A stretch of 64,000 nucleotides of DNA from an uncultured Prevotellaceae bacterium (GTDB lineage: Bacteria > Bacteroidota > Bacteroidia > Bacteroidales > Bacteroidaceae). Made by a program: the position numbers and the translations under genes. A model generated the notes under the pieces. The model searched no databases and was not told the DNA's origin. It saw only the letters and a list, made by a program, of their open reading frames with translations. Location of the stretch: the NCBI GenBank assembly GCA_902762325.1, contig CACWNV010000020.1, forward strand, positions 23,523 through 87,522. The letters are read 5' to 3'. Of this stretch, positions 26,258-34,772 are shown piece after piece; positions within the stretch are counted from its first letter, which is position 1; each line of letters opens with the position of its first letter.

Positions 26258-27989
26258 TCTTTATATATCTCTTTTCGTTAATTTTCTGAGGTAGTATCGG
26301 GTTGTCTGAACCGGCATCCTGTGCCTTTTTCCACAGTTCCACCGCCTTTTCTATATCTCCGTTCATGGCATAGATGTCCCCCGCATGCTCTATGATCACA
26401 TCACTCTGCAAAGAGTCAGTATCGTTAGCCAATGCCTGATCGATATAGATCTGTGCCTCGGCAAAGCGTTCCTGCTTAAACAATATCCATGCGTAAGTAT
26501 CAAGATAGGTCGGGTTGGTCGGCTCGGCTTTCACCGTCTTGTAGCTCATCTGCTCGGCCTTCTGCAAATCATTTCCCTTCAGACTGAGGAAGTAAGCATA
26601 GTTATTGAGTGCGCCGATATTATCATCCTTCCACTGGAGACAACTATCATAAGCAGCGAATGCGTCGTTGTCAAGTCCTTTCTTGTGGAGTATGTCTCCC
26701 ATTATCGCATAGAAATCTGACACGATCTCCTTATTGCTCTGATCATTGATTTCGTCAACCCCACGGCGAAAGGCATCAAGGGCGTTATCCTCATCGTCTT
26801 TCTGGTAATACGAGAGTCCCATGAAATAATAGAAAGCCATCTCGTCGGGATTGTATTGCACGGCAGGCTTGCACAATTCGATAATCTGATCCCAGTCTTT
26901 TTTGGGCCATAGGTTCTGAATGATCTGAAGACGTACACCGGCATTGTCGGGTGCAATCTTCAGCACATCACGCAACGCCTGATTCACTGAATCGAGAGGA
27001 AACTGCTTCAATGACATATAGACGGCCTTCAGCTCTGCCATGTCGGCATCTTGCGGGTTTGCCTGAAGGATTTTGTCAAAGAGGTTCTTCACTTCCAGAC
27101 TGTCTCCGTTCTCCCGCTGATTGTCCTGAATCACCTGCCTCATCATCGTTGCCTTCGTCTCTGTCGATGTTTTACTGCTCATCAGTATATCTTCCATCAT
27201 CTGACGTGCCAGCGAATCTTCACCTACTGCCTGATAATAGTCGTACATCGATGTCTGGACAAAAGAGTTGTCGGGCTCCTCTTTCAGTGCTTTCTGGAAT
27301 ATCTTATAGGCTTTCTTCTGCTTATTGTTCTGCATCAGCCAGTTTCCCATCATCACCTTATAGTTCAAGTCACTGGGATGTTCATCAGAAAGTGACCTCA
27401 ATGCCTTCCAAGCTGATTTCTTGTCGCCCTTGGCTTCATAGATGCGCATCTTCGTCAGAGTGAGTTCCTCACTGTTACCTTCGACCGACTCAATACGGTT
27501 TACTACTTTCAGCATTTTGTCATACTCTCTGTCCTGCTGATACAGTTGTGCGAGTATGCCCAGCAGGTCCACCCGTTCATGGTTGTCTGCTACGACAGCC
27601 TCATAGACCTCTTCAGCCTTCGTGTAGTCCTTGGCATTCACATAGAGTTCTGCCAGTCGTTCCTGATAATAGGAGTTCTTTGGATTCAGACTCACTGCCT
27701 TTTTCAGGTTTGCCATGGCAAGTGAGTCTTTTTTCATCTCCGACATGAACATCGAACGGAGATACCATGCCTCCGAAGCATTAGGATTAATCGTCAGGCA
27801 ATGTTCCAGCAGGTCGAATGCAGCATCGAAATGGCTGGCATTCAACTGCCGTTCGGCTTCAATGAAGAAATAGTTATAGCGCACGGAATCAGCGGCACTG
27901 ATACCACGCCCATCACCCCGCGTCACTCCTGTCGCCATACACAGCAGAAACAGGAAGACCATCATGCGGCTGCCAATTTTAACGATCAT
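26244..27989 (-). CDS. Tetratricopeptide repeat protein
   Basis: 581 aa; repeated 34-aa TPR units (A..Y...G..Y...A...F..AL..P) throughout. Confidence 0.85.
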   Translation of the reverse strand: MIVKIGSRMMVFLFLLCMATGVTRGDGRGISAADSVRYNYFFIEAERQLNASHFDAAFDLLEHCLTINPNASEAWYLRSMFMSEMKKDSLAMANLKKAVSLNPKNSYYQERLAELYVNAKDYTKAEEVYEAVVADNHERVDLLGILAQLYQQDREYDKMLKVVNRIESVEGNSEELTLTKMRIYEAKGDKKSAWKALRSLSDEHPSDLNYKVMMGNWLMQNNKQKKAYKIFQKALKEEPDNSFVQTSMYDYYQAVGEDSLARQMMEDILMSSKTSTETKATMMRQVIQDNQRENGDSLEVKNLFDKILQANPQDADMAELKAVYMSLKQFPLDSVNQALRDVLKIAPDNAGVRLQIIQNLWPKKDWDQIIELCKPAVQYNPDEMAFYYFMGLSYYQKDDEDNALDAFRRGVDEINDQSNKEIVSDFYAIMGDILHKKGLDNDAFAAYDSCLQWKDDNIGALNNYAYFLSLKGNDLQKAEQMSYKTVKAEPTNPTYLDTYAWILFKQERFAEAQIYIDQALANDTDSLQSDVIIEHAGDIYAMNGDIEKAVELWKKAQDAGSDNPILPQKINEKRYIKNEDE

Positions 27990-28018
27990 CTCTTTCCCTT
28001 TCGTCTGAACAAGTCTTT

Positions 28019-28480
28019 TTATTTCACACCAGTGTGCCCATAGCCGCCAGTTCCTCTCTCCGTTTCATCAAGCTGGTCCACCTTGATGAAATTCCCCTGC
28101 TCATGTCGGGCTATCACCATTTGGGCGATACGTTCGCCGTCATTCACGACAAAGTCGGTGTTGGAAAGATTTACAAGCAGCACTCCTATCTCGCCACGAT
28201 AATCGGCATCGATTGTTCCTGGAGCATTGAGCACTGTAATGCCATGCTTGAAAGCCAAACCGCTACGCGGGCGCACTTGTGCCTCATAGCCTTCGGGCAG
28301 CGAAATAAAAAGACCGGTGGGTATCAGACGATGCTCCAATGGATGCAACACGATTGATTCATCAAGATTTGCACGTAAATCCATACCGGCACTCTGTGCC
28401 GTTGCATAGGCTGGCAGCGGCTGATGCCCTCGGTTTACCACCTTTATATCTAACTTGTTCATCTTTAATATATTACTCAT
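28019..28480 (-). CDS. dut: dUTP diphosphatase
   Basis: [45 protein letters not shown]; the true start may be the internal MNKLDIK (28462). Confidence 0.92.
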   Translation of the reverse strand: MSNILKMNKLDIKVVNRGHQPLPAYATAQSAGMDLRANLDESIVLHPLEHRLIPTGLFISLPEGYEAQVRPRSGLAFKHGITVLNAPGTIDADYRGEIGVLLVNLSNTDFVVNDGERIAQMVIARHEQGNFIKVDQLDETERGTGGYGHTGVK

Positions 28481-28544
28481 TTGCTTCTAAGACAGAATCT
28501 TGTTTCTATGTCTGAAAAACATCATTGCTTCTGCCTTTAAAGTG

Positions 28545-28552
28545 CAAAGGTA
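28545..28552 (-). promoter_or_regulatory. -7 box TAccTTTG for the dut/TPR/DUF4292/M23 operon
   Basis: Plus-strand CAAAGGTA is TACCTTTG on the minus strand, 65 nt upstream of dut. Confidence 0.4.
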
Positions 28553-28666
28553 GGAAAAAAAAACAGATTAGCAGGGCAATGAATTAACAATTAACAAATT
28601 TACAGATAAAGAGGGCAATATGTTAACAGGTAATTCGTTTCTAAGATAACAAGCAACAGATGAATA

Positions 28667-30001
28667 ATGGATTGGCAAAGACTCATTTCTAACAAACGAT
28701 TCGGACAAGAGGAAAGGCATGAACTGCGCACCGACGACCGCTCAGAATTCAAACGTGATTACGACCGGCTTATCTTCTCTGCTCCTTTCCGGCGGATGCA
28801 GAACAAGACTCAAGTGTTCCCGCTTCCGGGTAGCATCTTTGTTCATAACCGACTGACTCATAGTCTTGAAGTGGCGAGTGTCGGCCGCTCTTTAGGTGAC
28901 GATGTGGCAAGACAGCTGAAAAGAACGCATCCTGAGCTGACAGGAACTCCTTTCGAAGAAATCGGAACGATTGTCTCAACGGCTTGTCTGGCTCACGACA
29001 TGGGAAATCCTCCTTTCGGCCACAGCGGTGAAAAGGCCATTCAGGCCTATTTCTCGGAGAGTTCGGGGGAGTTCCTTCGCGAAAAGGTCAGCGAACAGTT
29101 CTGGAATGACATCACCCACTTTGAAGGTAACGCCAATGCATTCAGACTTCTTACCCACAGATTCAAAGGGCGCCGCAAAGGAGGATTTGTCCTTACCTAC
29201 TCCACGCTGGCAAGCATCGTGAAATATCCGGTCTCATCTAATGCCACAAATTCGGACATGCACAACAAGTTTGGCTTCTTCAACACCGAGGCGGATGCCT
29301 ACAGGAAGATTGCCGGAGAACTGGGCATTACCGTAAAAAAGGAAAATGAATGTTTTGCACGTCATCCGCTGGTCTTTCTCGTCGAAGCTGCCGATGACAT
29401 CTGCTATGAGATCATGGACATTGAAGATGCCCATAAGCTGAAGCTTCTCACTTTCAGCGAGACAGAAGAACTCCTTTTGGGCTTCTTTGATGAGGACATG
29501 AGAAAAATGATTCGCGAGCGAATCGTTCAGGAAGGCTTGGAAGACAACAATGAGAAAGTCGTTTATCTGCGTGCAAGAGTCATCGGTCTGCTGGAAGCTG
29601 AGTGTGCCCAGGCATTTGTCAATCATGAAGAAGAGATTCTGGCTGGAACGTTCAACGGTTCACTCATCGACCACACATCTCCTCTCGTTGTCGATGCTTA
29701 TAAGCGCTGCATCAAAGTGTCGAAGAAGAAGATTTACCAGAGCAAGCCCGTATTAGACGTTGAATTGAGCGGTTATCATATCATGGAGACGCTGATGAAC
29801 AAGCTCATTGCTGCCGCGGTCAACCCGCAGAAGTACCATTCTCAGCAACTCATCCATCGCTTCAGCAACCAATACGACATCCTCAGCGATGACTTGGAAA
29901 CCCGCATCATGGCCGTCATTGACTATATCAGCGGCATGACGGATGTCTATGCTCTGGATATTTATCAAAAAATAAACGGAATCTCACTGCCTATCGTATG
30001 A
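28667..30001 (+). CDS. dgt: dGTP triphosphohydrolase-like HD-domain protein
   Basis: 444 aa; FRRMQNKTQVF, NRLTHSLEV, AHDMGNPPFGH, ADDICY. Confidence 0.88.
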   Translation: MDWQRLISNKRFGQEERHELRTDDRSEFKRDYDRLIFSAPFRRMQNKTQVFPLPGSIFVHNRLTHSLEVASVGRSLGDDVARQLKRTHPELTGTPFEEIGTIVSTACLAHDMGNPPFGHSGEKAIQAYFSESSGEFLREKVSEQFWNDITHFEGNANAFRLLTHRFKGRRKGGFVLTYSTLASIVKYPVSSNATNSDMHNKFGFFNTEADAYRKIAGELGITVKKENECFARHPLVFLVEAADDICYEIMDIEDAHKLKLLTFSETEELLLGFFDEDMRKMIRERIVQEGLEDNNEKVVYLRARVIGLLEAECAQAFVNHEEEILAGTFNGSLIDHTSPLVVDAYKRCIKVSKKKIYQSKPVLDVELSGYHIMETLMNKLIAAAVNPQKYHSQQLIHRFSNQYDILSDDLETRIMAVIDYISGMTDVYALDIYQKINGISLPIV

Positions 30002-30014
30002 TGGCAGGAACAAC

Positions 30015-31004
30015 TTATTTCTCCCGATAAATCACATTGTTGGCTCCACTGGTGATACACAGAGCCTCAGGATGATCCTTGATGAAGCTGTCGACATGGC
30101 GTACACGCTTTTCTTCGAGAATCTCATCCAAGGCTATCAGGATGCCAGTCTCTTCCACGTCGCCGAATCCATAGTTGATTGCCGTACCGAAAAGTTTCAT
30201 CGTCGGACTCAGACTCATATAGGCATTCACCAGCGGCGGGATGTTAAACCCGAGCTTACGGATTTCAGAATTCAGGATACGATAGTCTTTCCGGAAGTCG
30301 TCTTCACAGAAAATAGCCTCCAACTCCTTAGGGTCGGTCTCAATTTTCAGCGGATTCATCGGGACAATCAGGTTCTCCTTGTCATCAAAATGCTTCTTTA
30401 AGAAGTAAAGAATCATATCTCTTCCGCGACGGATATACGAAGGATACATCGTCATCTTCCCGAAGAAATACTTCACTTTAGGATTGATGACCGTGAGTGC
30501 ACCCAGTCCGTCCCATAGGTTATCGAGGGCAAAAATGCTCTTGCTGTTCTTGCGTACATTCTGGTATTCCAGTGAGACGAAAGAACGGCCCAGTTCTACG
30601 GTGTAAGGCATATACTCCTTTAGGAACTTTTCTGAGAAACGGAACATGTGACTTGTAGCCAATATCGGCTGGCCGCTTTCATCCAACTCCCACTCAGAAC
30701 CGTACAGATACCGATACCCTCCGATAATCTCTTCGCTCTCCGGATTCCAGACAATGAGCTGCTTGTAACAGTTTTCACAGATATCAAACTCGTCAATATC
30801 CACTTCTTTTCCTGTTCCTCCGCCAGCTTCACGGAAAGCGATTTCACGTAAGCGGCCTATTTCCCGCATTACATTCGGTGCATCATGAGCAGTGACAACG
30901 TATATCTCATTATGACTCTTGTTGGTCATACGGAGTTGTTTCTCTGGCGTAAGCTCACTTTTCAGCAGTTCCTTACTTACGGGATCGATGATTCTTTGTT
31001 CCAT
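30015..31004 (-). CDS. glsB: GNAT-fold N-acyltransferase of the OlsB/GlsB type (amino-acid lipid synthesis)
   Basis: 329 aa; hemolysin-like acyl-ACP N-acyltransferase fold; directly follows a PlsC-type acyltransferase as in the Bacteroides glycine-lipid locus. Confidence 0.6.
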   Translation of the reverse strand: MEQRIIDPVSKELLKSELTPEKQLRMTNKSHNEIYVVTAHDAPNVMREIGRLREIAFREAGGGTGKEVDIDEFDICENCYKQLIVWNPESEEIIGGYRYLYGSEWELDESGQPILATSHMFRFSEKFLKEYMPYTVELGRSFVSLEYQNVRKNSKSIFALDNLWDGLGALTVINPKVKYFFGKMTMYPSYIRRGRDMILYFLKKHFDDKENLIVPMNPLKIETDPKELEAIFCEDDFRKDYRILNSEIRKLGFNIPPLVNAYMSLSPTMKLFGTAINYGFGDVEETGILIALDEILEEKRVRHVDSFIKDHPEALCITSGANNVIYREK

Positions 31005-31006
31005 TA

Positions 31007-31822
31007 TTATAGTTCGTAGACTTTATTTTTTACATATTCTGCCCATTCAGATGCAGTTTTCGATTTGTCAAAAGTTTGCCATGGGATTGGCTTTCCGATG
31101 CTGACATTGAATGTCTTTCCTACATTCTTATACATCTCGTCAACAAGAAACAGCATTGCAATGTTGACTTTCTTGATGTGACTGTCACAGAAGTTAGCCA
31201 GCCGATAGAACTTCTCGGAATTCTGACCGCTGAAATGAATCGGGACAACATCACGATGTGTCTCCACACTCTTCGAGATGAACGTCTTCTTCCAGGGTAA
31301 GTCACGGATGACGCCATCCTTCTTGCGAGAGCAGAGACCGGCAGGAAACATCAGCATGTGATGGTCGCTCTTGAAACCAGCCTCAACCATTGCAGGGAAG
31401 TCGCGGCTCTGTTTTCCCGTCTTGTTGATAGGTATACAGAGGGGGGCTAATCCCGGGAGATTCATCAGCAGGTCGTTCACAAGATAGCGGAAGTTGCTGT
31501 CATAGTGCCGGCCGATGATTGCACCAAGCGCCACACCGTCAGCACCGCCAAGCGGATGGTTGGAAACAAACGTATAGAGTTTTCCGTCGTTTTTATCGGG
31601 TAAGTTCTCTTTTCCTTCCACTTTCAGGGTCATCTCCAGATACTTAACGCATGCCTCAAGCCACGGTGTACCAGTGAGTTCACGACTCTCCCAAAGGAAA
31701 GCATTCACCTGGTCTTGATGGATGACGCGCTTGAGCCAGTTCACCAAGGGACTGGGCACCCACTTTGCCTTATCACCCATCTTATTCTTGAGAATAACGT
31801 CTAAATCTATCGTTTTTTCCAT
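31007..31822 (-). CDS. glsA: Lysophospholipid (PlsC-type) O-acyltransferase, GlsA-like
   Basis: 271 aa; VSNHPLGGADG (HX4D-like block) and FPAG...R block of the LPLAT family. Confidence 0.6.
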   Translation of the reverse strand: MEKTIDLDVILKNKMGDKAKWVPSPLVNWLKRVIHQDQVNAFLWESRELTGTPWLEACVKYLEMTLKVEGKENLPDKNDGKLYTFVSNHPLGGADGVALGAIIGRHYDSNFRYLVNDLLMNLPGLAPLCIPINKTGKQSRDFPAMVEAGFKSDHHMLMFPAGLCSRKKDGVIRDLPWKKTFISKSVETHRDVVPIHFSGQNSEKFYRLANFCDSHIKKVNIAMLFLVDEMYKNVGKTFNVSIGKPIPWQTFDKSKTASEWAEYVKNKVYEL

Positions 31823-32020
31823 GTTTTTTCTTTGCTTTCTTTCAGCTTTCTTTCTTTAAATTGCAAATTTAGCATAAGTTTTTTAAAATACGGCTTTTTT
31901 GGACAAAAATGTTCCTAAAAATATTCTTTTAGTTGCATTTTCGTGCTTTATCTCCTCAATAGACAACATCTAAGGATGAATTTCTTCTTTTTTGACTCAT
32001 AAAGAGCCGCAAGTAATAGA

Positions 32021-32425
32021 ATTGTCAAGATTTATTCGAATTTTAGCCCCAAATTAAGGCCATCTGAACGAACGAAAAGTTTCTCGGTTGAAAATAACGC
32101 GATTTTTGAGGCTTTTTGTAAAGCGTTGATTGGCAGACGGTTACACGGATGTTAATCTGTAATCGGTTGGTTTGCATAAAATGGATTTGCCAAAGGTATC
32201 GTTTCGCTGCGCCAAAGACCATGTTTCGTCGTGTGAAAGGTCATGTTTGAGGCGGTGAAACATGGTCTTTGGTGCGCTCAAAGCTTAGGTTTGGCGGTGC
32301 GAAAGCTGAGCTTTCCCAAAATTAGGAATGAAGTATGAAGAGTGAAGAATCATGTTTTACACAATTTAACATCTCTTTCACCACTTTTTCCCAACAAGTT
32401 TTTGTCAAGATTATTGACGGTAATT
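32021..32425 (+). repeat. Copy 2 of the ~400-bp interspersed non-coding element (upstream of mraZ)
   Basis: Same block order and orientation as 6277-6680 and 53361-53765; contains a perfect 16-bp hairpin stem, 32212-32227 / 32257-32272. Confidence 0.85.
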
Positions 32426-32677
32426 CGTCACTTAATTGGTAAATTGTTGTACCCCAATATCGGGATATCGCCTCTTTCTGAGAGCAAATGTTTACATGCT
32501 CGAAAGAACAAATAACGAAGTATTTTGATAAAACCGATGATAAAACAAATGCTTTCTCAAGAACTACAGGAATAAACCTGAATAGTCCGTTTATTCATAA
32601 TTCTTTACAGTCTGTATGTAACCCATAAGATGACAGATTAATTTTTATCAATTTTTTCCTCTTTTTTTAGAATTTTT

Positions 32678-32707
32678 GTGGGGAATTGTGGGGGATTGTG
32701 GAATAAA
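32678..32707 (+). promoter_or_regulatory. MraZ operator: three GTGGG-type repeats at 10-bp phasing
   Basis: GTGGGGAATT GTGGGGGATT GTGGAATAAA; matches the known MraZ box architecture (direct GTGG[GT] repeats, 10-bp spacing) upstream of mraZ. Confidence 0.7.
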
Positions 32708-32712
32708 ATATG

Positions 32713-32720
32713 TATCTTTG
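32713..32720 (+). promoter_or_regulatory. dcw cluster promoter -7 box TAtcTTTG
   Basis: Exact TAnnTTTG match, 5 nt after the third MraZ box and 30 nt before the mraZ ATG. Confidence 0.5.
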
Positions 32721-32750
32721 GCAACGAATTTCCAAAAAGGAAACTAGTCG

Positions 32751-33242
32751 ATGAGATTCTTAGGTAACATAGAGGCTAAGATTGACGCAAAAGGAAGGGT
32801 TTTTCTTCCATCCGTCTTCCGCAAGGTGCTTCAGGCATCGGGCGAGGAGAACATGGTGCTTCGCAAAGATGTTTTCCAGTCGTGCCTGGTGTTATATCCA
32901 GAATCCGTGTGGAATGAACAGATGGATGCGCTCCGACAACGACTAAGTCGTTGGAATGCCGCCCATCAGCAGATATTCCGGCAGTTTGTCCATGACTTGG
33001 AGATTCTTACTCTCGACGGCAACGGCCGTTTCCTCATTCCAAAGCGTTATCTCAAAAAGGCTGAAATAGAACAGACGGTCAGATTCATCGGAATGGGCGA
33101 CACCATCGAAATATGGAATGCAGAGAATGGCAGCAAGCCATTCATGGATGCCGAAGAATTCAGTCAGGCACTGGAATCGATTATGGGCACCACTGCTTCA
33201 GATTCGAATGGAACGGAAACGGACGGCGCTGGCCGACTATGA
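32751..33242 (+). CDS. mraZ: Transcriptional regulator MraZ
   Basis: 163 aa; duplicated SpoVT/AbrB-like units with KGRVFLPSVFRK and NGRFLIPKRY. Confidence 0.92.
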   Translation: MRFLGNIEAKIDAKGRVFLPSVFRKVLQASGEENMVLRKDVFQSCLVLYPESVWNEQMDALRQRLSRWNAAHQQIFRQFVHDLEILTLDGNGRFLIPKRYLKKAEIEQTVRFIGMGDTIEIWNAENGSKPFMDAEEFSQALESIMGTTASDSNGTETDGAGRL

Positions 33243-33267
33243 ATAACAAGACAATTATTCTGTTTAA

Positions 33268-34224
33268 ATGGTGAAGACCGCACAAACATATCACGTTCCT
33301 GTCCTACTCAAGGATAGCGTTAACGGATTGAACATCCGTCCCGGAGGCATCTATGTAGATGTCACCTTCGGAGGTGGCGGGCATTCACGCGAGATCCTGT
33401 CAAGGCTGACGGCTGACGCCCATCTATACAGTTTCGACCAGGATGAGGACGCTGAACAGAATCTTTTTCTGAAAGAAGGGATGACGAAAGATGATAATCT
33501 CCAAGATTCAAACATCCAGAACTTCACCTTCGTCCGTTCCAATTTCAGGTATCTGAAGAACTGGATGCGTTACTACGGTGTCGAACACATCGACGGTCTG
33601 TTAGCCGATCTGGGAGTATCTTCTCATCACTTTGATGATGCCACCCGAGGGTTTTCCTTCCGCTACGATGCCCCTCTGGACATGCGAATGAACAAAAGGG
33701 CACAGCAGAAGGCTTCGGATGTGATAAACGAGTATGGCGAGAAGGAACTGGCAGACATCTTCTATCTCTACGGAGAGATGAAGAATGCCAGACAGATTGC
33801 CTCGACAATCGTAAGAGAGAGAAGCAAGAAGCCCTTTCTCACGACACAGGACCTGCTCACCGTCATTGATCCCCTGTTCAGACGAGAGAGAGAAAAGAAA
33901 GACATGGCAAAACTGTTCCAGGCATTGCGCATCGAGGTGAATCATGAGCTGGAAGCCTTACACGAGATGCTGAAAGGTGCCACCGAACTGCTAAGACCTG
34001 GCGGACGACTGTCGGTCATCACCTATCACTCGCTCGAAGATCGCATCGTGAAAAACATGATGAAGACGGGAAACATTGAAGGAAAGGTACAGCAGGACTT
34101 CTTCGGAAGAGTGGAAAGCCCTTACATACTGATAAACAACAAAGTCATCCTACCCGATGCAGAAGAACAAGAGTTGAATCCGCGAAGCAGAAGTGCCAAA
34201 CTTAGAATTGCAGAGAAAAAATGA
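33268..34224 (+). CDS. rsmH: 16S rRNA (cytosine1402-N4)-methyltransferase
   Basis: HVPVLL, YVDVTFGGGGHS, DLGVSSHHFD, NPRSRSAKLR. Confidence 0.93.
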   Translation: MVKTAQTYHVPVLLKDSVNGLNIRPGGIYVDVTFGGGGHSREILSRLTADAHLYSFDQDEDAEQNLFLKEGMTKDDNLQDSNIQNFTFVRSNFRYLKNWMRYYGVEHIDGLLADLGVSSHHFDDATRGFSFRYDAPLDMRMNKRAQQKASDVINEYGEKELADIFYLYGEMKNARQIASTIVRERSKKPFLTTQDLLTVIDPLFRREREKKDMAKLFQALRIEVNHELEALHEMLKGATELLRPGGRLSVITYHSLEDRIVKNMMKTGNIEGKVQQDFFGRVESPYILINNKVILPDAEEQELNPRSRSAKLRIAEKK

Positions 34225-34718
34225 TCAGAGACGAAATAGATAGAGAGAAGAAGCGACAGGCTGCCATCGAGGCGGCAGAAAGGGCTGAGCGTGAAGAGAT
34301 AAAGCGCGAGGAAGATGCGAGGAGGGCTGCTGAAGAAGGTCCTTCGCTTAAGGAAGTCATCCAGGAAAAGGCAATAGAGGAGGAAGAACCGCTATCCAGC
34401 AAGTTCACTCTGAGCAAAATCCTTGGAGGAGACATCCTGAACACATCTGCCATCCGACGACAGGTGCCTCTTCTGATACTCATCACCTTTTTTATTATTA
34501 TATATGTGTCGAACCGATACAGCTGTCAGAAAGACCTCATCGAGATTGACAAACTTAACAAGGAACTGGTGAATGCGAAATACAAAGCTCTATCAACATC
34601 AAGTCAGCTGACGGAGAAAAGCCGTGAAAGCCATATTCTTGAAATGCTAAAGCAGAACCATGACAGTGTACTGAAGATTTCCTCTCAGCCACCTTTTATT
34701 ATATATGAACAGGAATAA
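34221..34718 (+). CDS. ftsL: FtsL-like cell division protein with a long charged N-terminal extension
   Basis: Position between rsmH and ftsI; single TM helix (LLILITFFIIIYV) followed by a coiled-coil; ATGA overlap with rsmH. Confidence 0.7.
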   Translation: MIRDEIDREKKRQAAIEAAERAEREEIKREEDARRAAEEGPSLKEVIQEKAIEEEEPLSSKFTLSKILGGDILNTSAIRRQVPLLILITFFIIIYVSNRYSCQKDLIEIDKLNKELVNAKYKALSTSSQLTEKSRESHILEMLKQNHDSVLKISSQPPFIIYEQE

Positions 34719-34772
34719 AGGAAAAAACAGAAGGAGAAGTAATAGCACGTCAAAATCCAAACACCGAAGGTT

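Noticed and set aside
32190-32323. Could the ~22-bp repeat arrays be small CRISPR arrays?
   Set aside because: The units are contiguous, with no unique spacers between them. They are degenerate rather than identical. The whole array is itself repeated at three loci, and no cas genes are present.
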